DNA of 63,332 nt, filler included, from Sphacelaria rigidula (Eukaryota): assembly GCA_964200075.2 (NCBI GenBank). It is 7 parts of 7 records of this genome, joined end to end, with 100 filler letters (N's around TTAATTAATTAA, not from the genome) between each part and the next. Parts side by side here need not be neighbours in the genome. Positions count along the whole stretch, not along the records: positions 18,125 to 27,086 come from CAXNAA020009638.1; positions 27,187 to 36,148 come from CAXNAA020009639.1; 5 more parts are not named here. One strand, 5' to 3'. The translations under genes were made by a program, and so were the position numbers. Shown here piece after piece: positions 22,279 through 35,719 of the stretch (its first letter is position 1; every line of letters begins with the position of its first letter). Below the pieces are notes generated by a model, which ran no database searches, had not been told where the DNA came from, and saw only the letters and a list, made by a program, of their open reading frames with translations.

Positions 22279-25200
22279 ATCCGCGAATTGCTTAAAACAC
22301 TGACCGAAAAACCGGTTCTTTCTTTTCCGGATTGGGATGCGGTACAAGACGGCTCACGTCTTTTCCAACTGCACACCGATGCTAGCACAGATGGGTTCGG
22401 CGCCGTTTTCAATCGGCCTCAACTAGATGCTCTGTCCGATCTATTTTGTACATCAGCCGCGCAACCCTCCCAAACGAGGCAAACTGGAGTCCACTCGAAC
22501 TAGAAGGCGGAGTCATAACTTGGGCTATTAAAATGGTTCGACAGTACTTGTTCCACGTGCCTTTCCACATCTATACAGATCACGGAGCTCTTGAACAACT
22601 CGCTAAGGTTGGAGAACATAACCCCGGCGTACAACGGTGGCTGGAATTCTTGACTGCTTACCAGTACACTGTTAAACACCGTCCGGGCAAAACCAACGGC
22701 AATGCTGACCTTCTTTCGCGATTGCGTCTGCCCCCTACAGCGGTAGATTTCAATCCCGCTTGCCGCTTGACTGAACCTGATGAACCAGGCGTCTACCCCA
22801 TTCGGCGTTTTTCGATGCCCATCTACGCACTTGACCTGCAATGCCCCGAAACAGGTCTGCACATGGGGGGCCCCCGCCCTCTGCCCCCTGATGCAGTTTT
22901 GGATGGCTTAGCGCCCACAGCTGCTGACTTTGCCGACTTCCGCACTTTCAGCCCTCACGCGAACATCTCGGCGCCGCCACCACAAACTGTTCACCTCATC
23001 TCCGACAACACGCGTTCTCGGTCGGCAGCTCGTGCAAATTCTTCGCGTGCCGTGATACCACCGCTGCCGTCGGCCACTTCTAGCAATGCGTCGCCGCCGC
23101 CGCCTCGTGCCCCCACGAGCCGTACAACACCTACCACAACCGGCCACGCGCCCACTGTTGTACCGACAAAGTCCGCGCCCCTTGCGCGCCCAACGCGCCG
23201 ATCACGTTCACCAGTTCGCGCTACCTCCACGCAGCCTTCTGGGAATCTCCCTGCACCTGCGCCTCTGACTCGCGATCCGCATTCGTCAGCTCCGCTTCCG
23301 GACCAAAATGTTGACGTCGGCACCCCTGCTTCCTCACCTGTGCCACCCCCTCTTGAGCCACCATGTTTGGTCGGCCCTCCGGCTGAAGGACAACTTCGAG
23401 GATTTCTCGCTACCTACTCTCACCGCGATTGGGCTCGCGATCAACAACAGGAACAGCTTTGTCGCGCGACAATGCGGTACTTACGGCTTAACTGCCACAC
23501 CCCTTTCCCGGCTGAGATCCTGACTCCAGTGGGCACGCTACCCGCCCCCACCGCCTCTGAAGTGCTCGAGCTTGCACGCAAAGGTACTATCTTCGCGACT
23601 GACGACGACGTCTATTTGCTTGTTCGCCAACCCAACTCCCATTTGAGCACGGCTGCCACAGTCATAACTGCCACTCCGGCACATTCGCGTCATGATGCCC
23701 ACATCTGCATCTATGTCCCTATCATGATGCGCCCGTGAGTCATGAAGGGCTGTCACTCTGATTTGTCCTGCCACTTAGGCGTCACGCGCAATTTTGCGCT
23801 CCTTGAACGTTTTTATTGGTGGATCGGCATGGAAGCATCCACGCGTTTTTGAATCCGACGATGTTTCAAATGTCAGGCTCGCAAAACCTCTCGACAGACT
23901 ATACGATGGCCGGTGATTTCCGTGGAGCTTCCAAACGCTCCCGGTCACTTCGTATCGCTTGACTACTCCGGCCCTTTACCCACCACTGACCGTGGTAATA
24001 CCTACATTCTGCTTTTCACCGATCGTTCGAGCCGTCACGCGGCCATGTACGCTGTTACTGCTAGCGATTTCACTGCTGCCGGCACAGCGGACATTTTCGT
24101 CCATGACTACATTAAGCACTATGGCTGCCCGAAACAGCTCCTCTCCGACAATGGTCAACAATTTTGCTCCGAACTCTCGGGTGCTTTGTACAAGCTCCTC
24201 GGCATTCGAAAAATTGCCACAAGCGCCTACCACCCTAACGGTAACGGTGGAACTGAACGTGTGAGCCACACGATGGCTCAAATGCTCTCCATGGTCGTAA
24301 ACGACCTCCAGAATGACTGGGACCTTCATCTTTCGCATGTCATGCTGTCTTAAACCAATTCGGTCAACGCGGCTACAGGCCTTTCGCCCAACGAGCTACA
24401 TCTTGGACGCTATCCTCGTCTGCCGCTTTCGAAAGACACAACTTCGATGGTCACAAAGGTCTGGAACAGGATCAGCTGTCCTACCACGACCTCACCAGGG
24501 CTCGTCAGCGCAAGGATTTCACTTTGGTGCGAGAACAACACGCTATCAACGCCTCATGCCTTGAAAGATCCAATACCGCCCTCTACAATTTGATGCATAA
24601 ACGCCCTATTTGGAAACTCGGCGATTGGGTCTGGATCTACAATAGTTTGTCCACCATCCGTCAAGGCGCTGACCGCACTGCCCAGGCAACAGTCTTGAAG
24701 ACCAAATTGTCCCTCAATTGGACGGGTCTGTTTAAGATTCTCATAGTCGGACCCTCGCCAACGTCTCCTGACGGCAAGCCTGTTGGCGACAAACTCCTCT
24801 ACCTCGATTTACCTCGTGACCTCCAAGGACATGACGCTAAATCTTGCGTCTCTGTGCATCGTTGCAAGCCTTGCACGAATCCGCATGACACTACTGACAT
24901 GTCTCAATACCTGCCTGCAGGTTTCACTCAATACGTGCTCAACAGCTACTCAACAAAATCTCCACCGTACCACGTTACCACCGATGACGTGACTGAACAT
25001 CCTCTCCACTTGGCCGTGTCCCACATTTCCGGCCACCAAATCACTCGAGGTCCTGGCCGCAAAATTGGTCTTATATGCACAAGACACACTGGCAAGGTCT
25101 TCGGCGTGCGTCTTGGGAACGCGAGTCCGACCTTCAGCCGCAACGTCGTGCTATCCATCTCCATTGGACACAATCCCCACAGCAACAGCTCGCTGACAAC

Positions 25201-26217
25201 AAGGGATATCGCAACATGAGACGCGGTGCTGCCGCCCGCGAACTCCATCGCGACAAAGGACTACGTTTTGTAACCGATGGTTACGAACTCGTACCCACCA
25301 AACAATGGGACGAAAAGATTCGCGCAACACAACAACCGCTTCCTAAAGGTGCCTACTTGTGGTATAAGGGCAGCGATTACCTCTGGCGGCTAGGTCAGAT
25401 CCACTCCGTCGATGCCCTCGCGGCCGACACGTACATCGTGCGTTTTCTCGACGACCCTAGGCCCGTTCAGCTCAAGCTTCGTCCCGATTTATACACGACC
25501 AGCCCCTCCGCACCCCGCGGTTCCTGGTGCCTACAACGCTTCAAGTCACACGGCCTACGCCGCGGCCTTCAGCGCAATATCGATCGTACACACGACATCA
25601 ATGCACCATCTTGAGTCCTATTTCCTTGCACTCCCATTATCGCGATTTTTTCTCTCTCCTCTTAGTTTGGTTTTGGTACTTCCTTCGTCCCCACTCAGGT
25701 ACGCTCTCCTCTTCACTGCGTCACCTACGATGGCTCTCCTATCGCGGTTCATCTCTGCCCTCATCGGCCCCTTCGACGACTTCCTCTGGACCCCCTTCGC
25801 CCCCTTCCATTGGCCTCTACGCTGCCACCACTTTGTCTGGCTGGCACTCGACCCTATTCGGGTCCTTGAGTTTTTGTTTTCCTGCTTGAGATCGCCACTG
25901 TGTCTTTTGCGAGGTTTTCCCTTTGTTTTTTTTTCTAGCTAGCGCGTCAAATCATTGTGTGCTTTTTCCGTCTGTTCGCTAGCTCGCAGCAGCATTGTGT
26001 GCTACTGCGCAGTCAACCGCAATTGCGTAATTACACTTATTGAGGCACCTTTGGTTTTTCTTGTTTGAGGTGTGGGAGGATCGGGCACTGGCTGGCCATT
26101 GCCCCCTTGTTTTTTTCGCGTTGTCTCTTCATGACTTGATGGGTGAGACAAGCCTCAACTTTAGTTGCTCTTGAGATTTTATCGCAACTCAAGTAGAGGT
26201 TCGTCTGGGTGGGTGAG

Positions 26218-26523
26218 TGTCATGAGGAAGGAAGATAGAGAGGCGTTATTTGTTCCTACAGACAATTTTGGGGCAGTTTGGCTCACAGATCATTTGATCT
26301 GTTCATGGGAATACTCCCATGGCTCTGGAGAAGGTTGGTGTGCAGACTGGTGTACCTAGCCCCGAGAAGGTAAACCGCCTTCTCGGGCCGAGTTCAGATA
26401 GGTTGCGTTGCATGTATCTCATGCACCCTCGCTCACTCTCTAAGCTGCCCCCTGTGCCGGACTATCTGCTCCTACTGTTTACCTTTGGTGAGAACAGTAC
26501 GCTTGGCGAGCAAGAGAATAACA
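26218..26523 (+). repeat. Probable 3' LTR of Gypsy-2 (right boundary tentative)
   Basis: Starts TGTCAT after a purine-rich tract; candidate end ATAACA; no partner LTR in the contig. Confidence 0.55.
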
Positions 26524-27834
26524 AGTGAGAATTACAAAATATCAAGCCTTCGAGCTCCTTTTGTTGGTTTGCTACTGTTGACCATCGGTCACGTGAACCT
26601 GCGTGTGTGTGAAGCACATATCTCTCGGACGCATCATTGCATCCTGTGCATAGCCTGCTGCACATTGATCTATCAAAGAAGGTTTGTGGAGTCTTGTCCA
26701 TACCTATCCTTATTACACCAGGCGCATGCTATTCAAGTCGACCGAAACACGGACGATGAAGCATGAAGCTGTGCACCGCTGATTTTTGAGTCATTGACGC
26801 AAACAATATCTGTCGACGCCTTCGAAGTGCCCTCCGTCTCAATTGATGCCCCATATTCCCCCGCAACTGTAAAGTACACGCCTTAATTGCACAGTCAAAT
26901 TGTATATAATGATGTAAGCATTTTTGTCGTGAACGCACCATACTCATATTGGTATAAAATAACCGGTAACGGCAAATATGAATAAACTGGATACACTGGC
27001 GCCCTCGTCGCCAGTTAACAACAAATTGTGAGAATTGAGGTTTAACTTCGAGATGAGGCTCAAGCCTAAAACAGTGCTTTCCCCACNNNNNNNNNNNNNN
27101 NNNNNNNNNNNNNNNNNNNNNNNNNNNNNNTTAATTAATTAANNNNNNNNNNNNNNNNNNNNNNNNNNNNNNNNNNNNNNNNNNNNTCACTGATTGACTG
27201 CTTTTCACTCTCAATCGTATCATCTACTCTCAATCTCACGAAAACACTGTTTGAAATGGTTACTCCTGAAATACAAAATGTACGGGCGTGTGTCCATTCG
27301 CGCGTTGCCATGGTTTGAAGCATAACACTACCGCTCCAGCCTGGTGTCCCTTCTCCCTTTCTCAGCAGCTGCGAAATAGTAGAGCTCGGAAATGATTTGT
27401 TTTATCATTAACCAGTTAAATAGTACATAATGGTTTGGTCATCGAGCGGCGCAGCCGCGAGCCTGATAGCCCCCCCCCCCCGGCAGAGGGGGCCCCGCCG
27501 GAGGCACGTTTTTACGCGATTTGGCTTCACTAGAGGTAAAAGACACGTTCAATTTGGGGCGATTTTCAAGGGCTATACGTCGCATACGTGGCCGGTAACG
27601 GTAAATAATGGTTTGAAACCATTATCCGAAGCTGTAAATTTTCGTTCAACCATTACCATTATCACCATTATAACGGCAATGGGCCAGTTATAACTGGTAC
27701 CATTTCCGGGCTCTAAAAAATAGTCAACCCTAACCCTTTGACCTCTCGAACCATCTACGTATTCCGAGTTTTTTTCCGCTTCACATTCTTGCGGGTTTTT
27801 GGAGTGTGGCCCTTGTAGGTGTAAGTAAAATATA

Positions 27835-28035
27835 CGTTAGGCCGTTTCTTAGCACATGAGTTTTCGATCGAAAAGGTGCGGTGGAACACAAACGTCCTGA
27901 TTTGATAGGTCGTGATTTCAACCATCTTCAAAATTAACGACGATGGTTGAAATGACGACCTATCAGATCGGGATTTTTGTTTTCCACCGCACAGTTTCGA
28001 TCGAAAACTAAGGTGCTAAGACACGCCCTTAGACG
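27835..28035. mobile_element. Foldback MITE flanked by TA (Tc1/mariner-type target)
   Basis: ~90-bp arms (CTTAGCAC...GTTTTCGATCGAAA...TGATAGGTCGT.ATTTCAACCATC and reverse complement), ~14-nt loop; TA on both sides. Confidence 0.7.
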
Positions 28036-30283
28036 TACCTAAGCGGGTACAAAAGCGTGACGAGTTGTTTCTCAAAGCTAAAAATATTTTAACCCGTGGG
28101 TTCGGCGTGCAGTTTTGTCATGGTTGAAGGAGGCGATTGCACTTTTTCTCATCTATGCTTTTCATGAATATCATAATCGTTTCTTGTTGTATGCCGAGAG
28201 GTCCGTTCGTGCATTCCTAGATGTTGTATACGTACTGCTGACGCGATCACCGTTACTGTGCTGTTACTGTTTTCTGTTTGAACGTGACGGCGAATTAGCC
28301 AATGTGCCGCCGGTCATCGATGCACCAGAAATCTTCTGCACTGGACACTGCTCGTGGGAACATTTGAATTGTTTTCTATTTAGGCATTGTCCCTCCGCGA
28401 AATACAGGTGCTCCGATCTCCGCCAGGAGCTCGTGCAACTGACGTCCAGCTGGCGTCCAGTTAGGCCGTGTCTTACGGATCTGGAAAAAAATAGCGAAGA
28501 GCAAAGCAACTGCCCAAATGCGGCATGTTGATCGGTGATACCACTGCGTGATGTCGCGGCGACCATTCAGCATGCTGCATTTGGACTGTTGCTGTGCTCT
28601 TCACTGTTTTGTCGTTTTTTCAGCCCGTGAAGACGGGCGCTTCCGGGTCCGGGGGGCGATCATGGTGTTGGCTGTTGATAATATTGGTTCCAGGGTCGGT
28701 TCGTCGGTCGTGGGTGCTGTTGCACCTGCAATTATCAAGAGTCACCGTCGTGGTTCCATGCACACGCGCAGAAACTATCGACAATATTCCTGGCGCCCTA
28801 AACACCTCTCCTTCACGTCTATAACCACGAAACACGCTCCTCCATATGTTGATTGATGATCCATGATTTCCCTTGCGCGTCTGCTGTTCCCTTGAATGTG
28901 GCCGCAATGCGGGTTGCCAAATATCTACAGAACTTCCTGGCACCGGATGGCACTGGAGACACGACCAGCACAGCCGCTTAGTGTGCACGCTTGGCTTATC
29001 GCGCACTTGCAACGTTAGCAGCTCTGGTCTTTTACTTTTAGTGGGGTTATGTTGATGGTACGAACGTTTTTTTCCATGTCCGATCTACAAAGTAGACTTG
29101 GGAGGTGTAACGTACAGGTATGCTGTAGCTATCGAATTGACGCGAGGGGTTGGCGAGTTGCGATGGTCGAGGGCTGTCCTCCATGTATGGAAAACAGGGG
29201 AGTTACTGAGGACTACAGAACTGTACATGGACTATGATCTTGCTTTGGTAGCGTGGGCGTTTTGATTTTGGATCATGTTGCGGAATGTCGACAATTTGGA
29301 GATTTCACGCATGTAAGATGACATCAGCATCGTCGATGCCCGCCTCCTTACATTGTGCGCGTACAAATAAGAAAATGATACTTTGGCACGCAGCACGACG
29401 TGTTTGTTTTTACCGGATATTGAATCGGCGCCAACTATTTCAGCAAGCCCCTAGCTCCCCGCACATAAAGAAAGCAGCTCCGACTTTCTGACGTCGGGTG
29501 TCGCTGCTTTATTCCACGCGCAGTGACACCTAGAGACACGGTGCAGATTGTACTTTGCCGTACGTACGACTGTAACGCTCATCGTAACTTCGTCAACTAC
29601 GGACTGTACTTTACTCGTATTATACTTGCTATAGTGTGTTGTGCCGTGCTACATGTTCCCGCGAGACCCCGACTCATCAAATTCTCTCTTTTTCTCGACG
29701 CACGACTATTGTTTGGGTGTGAAGGAAAGCGTTTTGTAGCAATGAGCACTCCTCTCCCACGGCCGTACCATTTTGCTTCCGATTTCATTTTCCTGCCGAT
29801 GGCATGCCCCTGTCACCAGCTGACACACGATTGCACAAAAGAGGATTGTCTCAACGCCACCGACATTCAGTCGCAAACTCTACAACGCGAAGAACCCAAT
29901 TCAGTACGTTTTCAGCAGCTGTGTTCTTCGACACCGCACGCGAAGTCCGTCCCGATCCCTTGCCTGAAGACAGCACTGTTTGTAGTGCAGTACCTGCCTG
30001 CCCCGTCGCATCGAGCAGATACGGCAGTATGCGTACCTCCCTTGGTGCCGTGAGAATCGGGGTTACGAGAGATGCAAAACAAGGAAAACAGTCATCATGT
30101 TCCAGTCGAAGATGCGACGAGGAGAACGTCAAGTTCACGAGGATAGGCATATGCATTTAGATAGATAGCACCATGTATACATGGGGAATGAACACATGTA
30201 CTTCGCGAGAAATAGTGCAGATTGCTTGATGCCTTGAAGGCGATATACTGTCACTGATTCCACTGGTCATTGGGGCAACAAAG

Positions 30284-30360
30284 GGGCTCATGGAATGAGC
30301 TCATGGAATGGGCTTGTGGCATGAGCTCATGGAATTGGCTCCTTGAATGGCATGACATGG
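30284..30360. repeat. 13-bp minisatellite (GGCTCATGGAATG-like, ~5 units)
   Basis: Directly visible. Confidence 0.75.
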
Positions 30361-31267
30361 GTGAAGATCCACCGGTTCGGAGACACGTTTCAGAGCAGAA
30401 TTAAAGAATAACGGGGTATTTATGACATCAAAAATACCCCGTATATATTGCAGAAACTTCTGATCTGGAAAAGAAACATTAGTATGTCAACTATTATTTA
30501 TTTAAGACTTGAAACGAGTATAAACAAACTAGCTTTTTTATTTTTTATTTCTAGCCCAAATGGTTTTTTTTTTTGTGTACAGTATAGCAGTCTCGCGTCC
30601 GACCGGCGGCGGAGCTGTACCTCGGGCGGTGCAGTGCTCAACAGTCAGGTGCTTTTGGGAGGGGACAAGGCAGTAACCTCAGAACGTCATCGCCACTGCT
30701 ACCACAAGGTGTGCGTGCATGCGTGCGTGTGTGTTGTGCGTGTGTGTTGTACGTGTGTGTGTTGACCATCGCTGTTCTGAAATCCTATGAGCAAACGTAC
30801 CCGCAGAGATCTCAGAACCACACTCACATTCGGTGCGGACACACTATTCCCATTTGTGTTGTCCATGACACCCTTTTTTCCTTTGATGACCGTTCGTGCA
30901 GTATATGGAGAGGCGATTGTGCTAGTGCTGACTAAGGCTTTAGACTGTAACACTGGCGATGGGGTAATGGACTATGGAGCTAGTGATGGTGTTGTCGAGA
31001 AAAGTCGGGGGTAGTATATGATTTCAAGTGTCTTGAATATAGCTACTGACGTCCCTCCCCAGATCGTAAACTGTAGTCTGCATTCAGTAAGTACATTGAT
31101 AGGTGCCCTAACTCGACTGTCTTCAGCTTCAGTGATGGAAGTCTGTGTGCTTTGTGTCTTCCCCTTTCCGCCATCTAAGAGATTGTCAGTTACGCGGATC
31201 TCTGGCTCAGGGCTCGTAAGGGCTTGAAAATAAGGAAGGGCCTGGGAGAGGAAGTATTGTGTCGAAA

Positions 31268-31491
31268 ATGGATTCCGCAAGCGACGTATCAGGGGACGAT
31301 ATAAAGCCCGACCTTCACGAGATGATCTTACGGAGAGAGAGAGTCGGTGCTGACCCAACTGAAGGCTGGAGACGCGGAACACGGGGGGAGCTGAGAAAGT
31401 CTTGCGATGCCTGCACTGCTTCAAAGACCAAATGCTGTGGAGATATCCCCTGCAATAGGTGCAAGAAGCGAAACCTCGAGTGCAAATTTAG
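31268..31491 (+). CDS. Zn(II)2Cys6 (GAL4-type zinc cluster) transcription factor, exon 1
   Basis: ATG at 31268; RKSCDACTASKTKCCGDIPCNRCKKRNLEC = C-x2-C-x6-C-x5-C-x2-C-x6-C; donor AG|GTATGT, phase 2. Confidence 0.9.
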
Positions 31492-33023
31492 GTATGTCCT
31501 GTAATCAACATGGACTTGCTTTCTCTTATTCATTTTGTTACTGTGAGCGGCATATTGGAGGTTCAAATCGAGCAAAAAGGCCGTGAGAGTCACCTGAAAA
31601 CCAACTGTCTCTGGGATAATCGTGCTCTTTGCTGTTGAATCGCGCTTGCGGTGTTCCACAGACAGAACGCTCTACAGACAGGGTAGAGCACTACTAAAGA
31701 GTACACATACATGACTAGTTCTCCACAGACAGCGCGGTCTCAGACCGCACAGGCTGCACCCAACGCACATCACCTGTCGCAAGACGGAGACACTCAAGTC
31801 AGTTGCCTACATTGTTAAGTGTTTCAATGACCAATCACGAGAGGGAATGGCGACTCTCGCCGCAATACGCAATATCTAGGCTGTACGCGTCCGCCAGATC
31901 TACAGTAGTATGCCGGCCTGCCTTCAATCTGCCACCAAACCTGCAATCGTGTTGAAGCGCACGGCCTCTGAGAAATTTAACTCTGCACATTGCGTACCAG
32001 AGAGTAGTGCCACTACTCCAGTGCTTGTCAGCACACAGTAAACAAACAGCACACACGCTACCGAGAGCATGCAATCCGGCCTACTATTGCTCGAGTTTGT
32101 AGCCGTTCTAGCCCCTTCGACTCGCTGTAATACTTATTGTCGCTCAAAGAAAAAACATCTGTGCTTGTCCTGCTTCAAATGATGAAGCTGCAACCGTTTT
32201 CATCTCGGGCCGTTGTCGGTACTGTTTTGTCTGTACTGTTTTGTCTGTACTGTTTGTTGTACGTACACCGTGACAGCAGTGGCAGCAGTAACAGAATCTT
32301 GGGATTACTTGTATATTTGAATGTACCTTCGATTGGAACTTGCGGAGCATCTCCTCTGTGTACTGACATGTTTCATGTGACTGGGTTTTGGAGACCTGAA
32401 GCCACAGGTCACGACGGTTAGAGGTTAGAGTGTTGCTCACCGACGCCCGACCCCTGCTAATTGCAGCAATGCCCAGTTGGCATGTCGGCGGGGGTGTGAC
32501 TGCATTCGGAACAACGAAGCGGTGAGGCTTTAAATGATAGTCCACGCAGTCAGCACGACTCGTGAGTTGCGAGCGAGTATCATGTCGATCCACGGTTCTT
32601 ATCGCAACGCTGGCTTGCTGACCATCGCCCTCTCAACCAAATAGTGCACTCCATATGGTCCAAGGGCGGTGCAGACAGACAGGGCAGTATATAGCCCAAT
32701 ATTTGGACTGTACCGTGATTATTTGGCAAGTGCTCTTTGCAAGTTTACTGATGTCGCGATTTTTGTTGCGTCCTCTCTCGCTCTTCCGCGCCTACTGTTG
32801 TATCTGTACATCCGTTTCCTCTTCTGATATCTTCAGTATTTCCCCGCTATAAATAGGATCCCGCGCTAACGAATTGGTTGACTAAACCTCAACCATCAAC
32901 AGCATCCCTGCCAACTATAGCGCACGAGCGCGGTCTCTTTCGACAATACATGGCATTCATTCACGTTGCTTTTGTTCTTCTCATTTTATCTGAACATAAC
33001 ATCGTTATCCCACGACGAAACAG

Positions 33024-34326
33024 CAAACGGCGACGATGCGGCCCCAAGGCCCGGCCAGTAGAGGAGAAAGACGAGAAGCGCGCGCGCACTGGGCAGCACA
33101 ATGACAGCGATAAGGACCGAGATAGCGGCGACGCGTCCACCGCTACCGCATATGCGTCCGGTCACAATCGAGAATACTTGACCCCGCCGCCGCCGCCACG
33201 CTACTCCCAAGCGAGCTCTATCTCGCGAGATAGCGTCCCGCTCACCCTTGCGGACACCAGCAACCAACGCAACATGCAGCAGCATCAGCAGCAGCACCAT
33301 CTGCCGTCCGTTCCCGGCTCTCATTCCGAAGGAGGGGGTAAGATGGGCGCGTTCACTGCTCCGTTAGCGGCAGACGAACTCTCTGGCTTAGCAAAGCTCA
33401 TTGCGCCTTCTTTGAGCGACACCGGGGGCAGCGGCAGTAGCGGCATGAGCGGACTCGGGGGGCAGGGGGACTCTTCTTCCTTCCCGGGAAGTCGACGGAA
33501 CGGGTCCACCAGTACATCACAGGGAGTACACGCATCTTTACCGGCAATCATGGGCATGAGTGATATTGGAAACACGGCTCCGACTACATCGGCAACGATT
33601 AGTTCTGCAAGTTCCTCTGGGGTAGCAAACGGCGCCATGAGCGACGCGCAGATGCGCTCCGCTGGCGATGATACGCCCTCGCTTCCGGCCTTCATGGCCC
33701 CCAGCTCTGGCTCTAAGCTGACCGCCGACAACCTCCTCGGAGGAGGGGCGTTCGGCGGTGGTGGCGATTCTACGACGACCGTAGCCGCTTCGGCGGCGGC
33801 GACCGCGGCGCAATCGGTGCTGATTCGGGGGGCTTTACCAATGGAGCCGCCGTCTCCGCGGGCGCGAGCACACCTGGCCGCGTTCCTGCGGAGCGTGGGA
33901 TCTTTTCTGCCTCTGCCTGGGACAGAATCGTTGCAAGAGGCCATGGAGCGTTGGGGGGGAGATGCGGACGCCGGCGGGGATGAGATGGACACAAGGCCGG
34001 CACCATCATCATCGCCGGCGAGACGAAGATCAAGACAGCAGCCCATGGGCCCACAGCATTGCCAGACGAGATTGCCGCCAAGACACAAGGCAGGCAAAGG
34101 TGTTGGGGAACAAAGGGGGGACAGGGCGGGTGAGGCAGAGCAGGAATTACGAGACAAGGATTCGGGATCTGGGAACGTTGAATTGGACGAGGCTTGTCGA
34201 GCGGAGGCGTGGGCCGCGATAGCGTTAGGGGCGTTGTTTTCCGGGGGGGGGGATGGGGAGGCGCGGGATTTTGCGGCACGATCTCTACGCGCGCTGCCCC
34301 GGTGCTTGGACGCACCTTTGGCTGAG
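33024..34326 (+). CDS. Zn(II)2Cys6 transcription factor, exon 2 (NLS-like, low-complexity, start of helical domain); later exons not found in contig
   Basis: Acceptor AAACAG|C gives F-S-KRRRCGPK in phase with exon 1. 1.3-kb GC-rich open frame. Donor GAG|GTAAGA. Confidence 0.85.
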
Positions 34327-35719
34327 GTAAGATGTAGCTGCTGTTTTCGGGGTTGTTTTGCAACAGGGAAGTTTGTTCGGTTGCAAATGCTCGTGTGCCG
34401 TTCCGTTGCAGGACTGCACGGACACGGCGAAGGTGTTATCTCCACCAAAAATTGCCCCCATCGCCCTAGACCTGGCGTTTTCCTAATCCTTTACGCCTCG
34501 CGGTTCGAAAATCGAGCCTCACAAGTCCGGCTACGCCATCGAATATGTGGCGGACTAGGTTGACAAGCATGGCGAACTTCACTATCAACCCAAGGAAAAT
34601 TCTCAAAGATGGGAGAAACGTAGCAAGTGCAATAGCGGGCCTGAACTTGAGGAAACCCAACGGTGTAGCGGTGGTGAGACAGGTAAGATCGGCTTGGCAG
34701 GGATACAAAAAAAATCGCGGGGACATGGTTTAAAGGTTCAGAAGCAGCACCTTTTACACCGCGCGCCACATTTAGGAGCAGAAAAAAGGTCTACATGTCG
34801 TGAGTTAATTTACTTCTACTTCAACTATGACGAAAAGGCAATTGCCCCGAAATACTTCTTTATTCCGGAGGCGGTTTCACGTGCCGGATCTGTGGGATTG
34901 CAGGGTCGTCGCTTGCGTCGTGAACGACTGGCGCCTGTGCAACAGTTTTGAGCGTTGAATTGTTGTCGGATATTTCTGACCTTACATCGGTCGCGTGGCG
35001 TTTCGCCGTGTTTCGTCGTATTTCATCGCATGGTGCTGTACCCTTTGCTCATCGCTGTACCCTGTACAGGTGGCTTCTGTTTTCCTTCTTCATGCGCTAT
35101 TCTGGCTGCAATCCTTGGAGAAGCGAAAGGTGCGCAGCTGCCAATGCCTTTGTTTGCTGCCTAAATCTACTTTCCCAGCACGTAGCTGCCTCACGTTCGC
35201 ACAACACTGTACACAGCCCGACGTACTGTACAACCGCTGCTTATGAGTACAGTAATGCCGTGATAGCACCCCCACAAACCAGCCTCATTACTTTCCCGAA
35301 GGAAATGTCCATATCGCGCATGATGGCTGGTCTCAGACGGCATGAAGCGCCTCATGTGGGCGACATTCATCAAAACAATCTCAAGCGCGGTTGGACTCGG
35401 CTTTTGTCATTCTGATTCACATGTAGATTTTGCGTCCTTAAACCAGCCACTTTTTGGGGGGAAGCTATCGCAAAATCTGTTGCAGGTACTGTTGTAACTC
35501 GGACAAAACGATTTGCCAACGGCAAACTACAAGGCCTATATCCCTAGTCCCAGGACGCACGTTCATGCTCACTGTGGTGATGTGAAAACCGTTATCGTTT
35601 TGATGTTGCACGGCGTACCGAAATCGGAGAGCGCTGCCTACCCTAACTTTTTCCTTGTGCGGTTTTTGGGGGATTTCCTCCCGGTGTGTCACTCTGAGGG
35701 CAAAATAAAGCCTGGACGA

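Larger units (their letters stand above)
19650..25614 (+). pseudogene. pol: Gypsy-2 pol (PR-RT-RH-IN-chromo-Tudor-like) with stops, frameshifts and two insertions
   Basis: LLDSGSPQTFI and LLLGRD (protease). FSTFDLASGFFQ, RMPQG, YLDDDI (RT). LHTDAS, YTDH, NADLLSR (RNase H). H..HLG..CFKCQ, LDYSGPLP, LLSDNG, HPNGNGGTER (integrase). WTGLFKI (GPY/F-like). THWQGLRRASWERESDL (chromodomain). Confidence 0.93.
18125..26523 (+). mobile_element. Ty3/Gypsy LTR retrotransposon (Gypsy-2), near-complete but inactivated; 5' LTR lost at contig start
   Basis: gag knuckle, protease, RT, RNase H, integrase and chromodomain in order. PPT-like GGGTGGGTGAG followed by TGTCATG at 26218. Confidence 0.93.

Noticed and set aside
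25412-25942. Hydrophobic env-like ORF after Gypsy-2 pol
   Set aside because: Overlaps pol, lacks a credible start, and hydrophobicity follows from a pyrimidine-rich 3' UTR.
33321-34448. 375-aa minus-strand ORF
   Set aside because: Antisense shadow of the GC-rich Zn2Cys6 exon 2.
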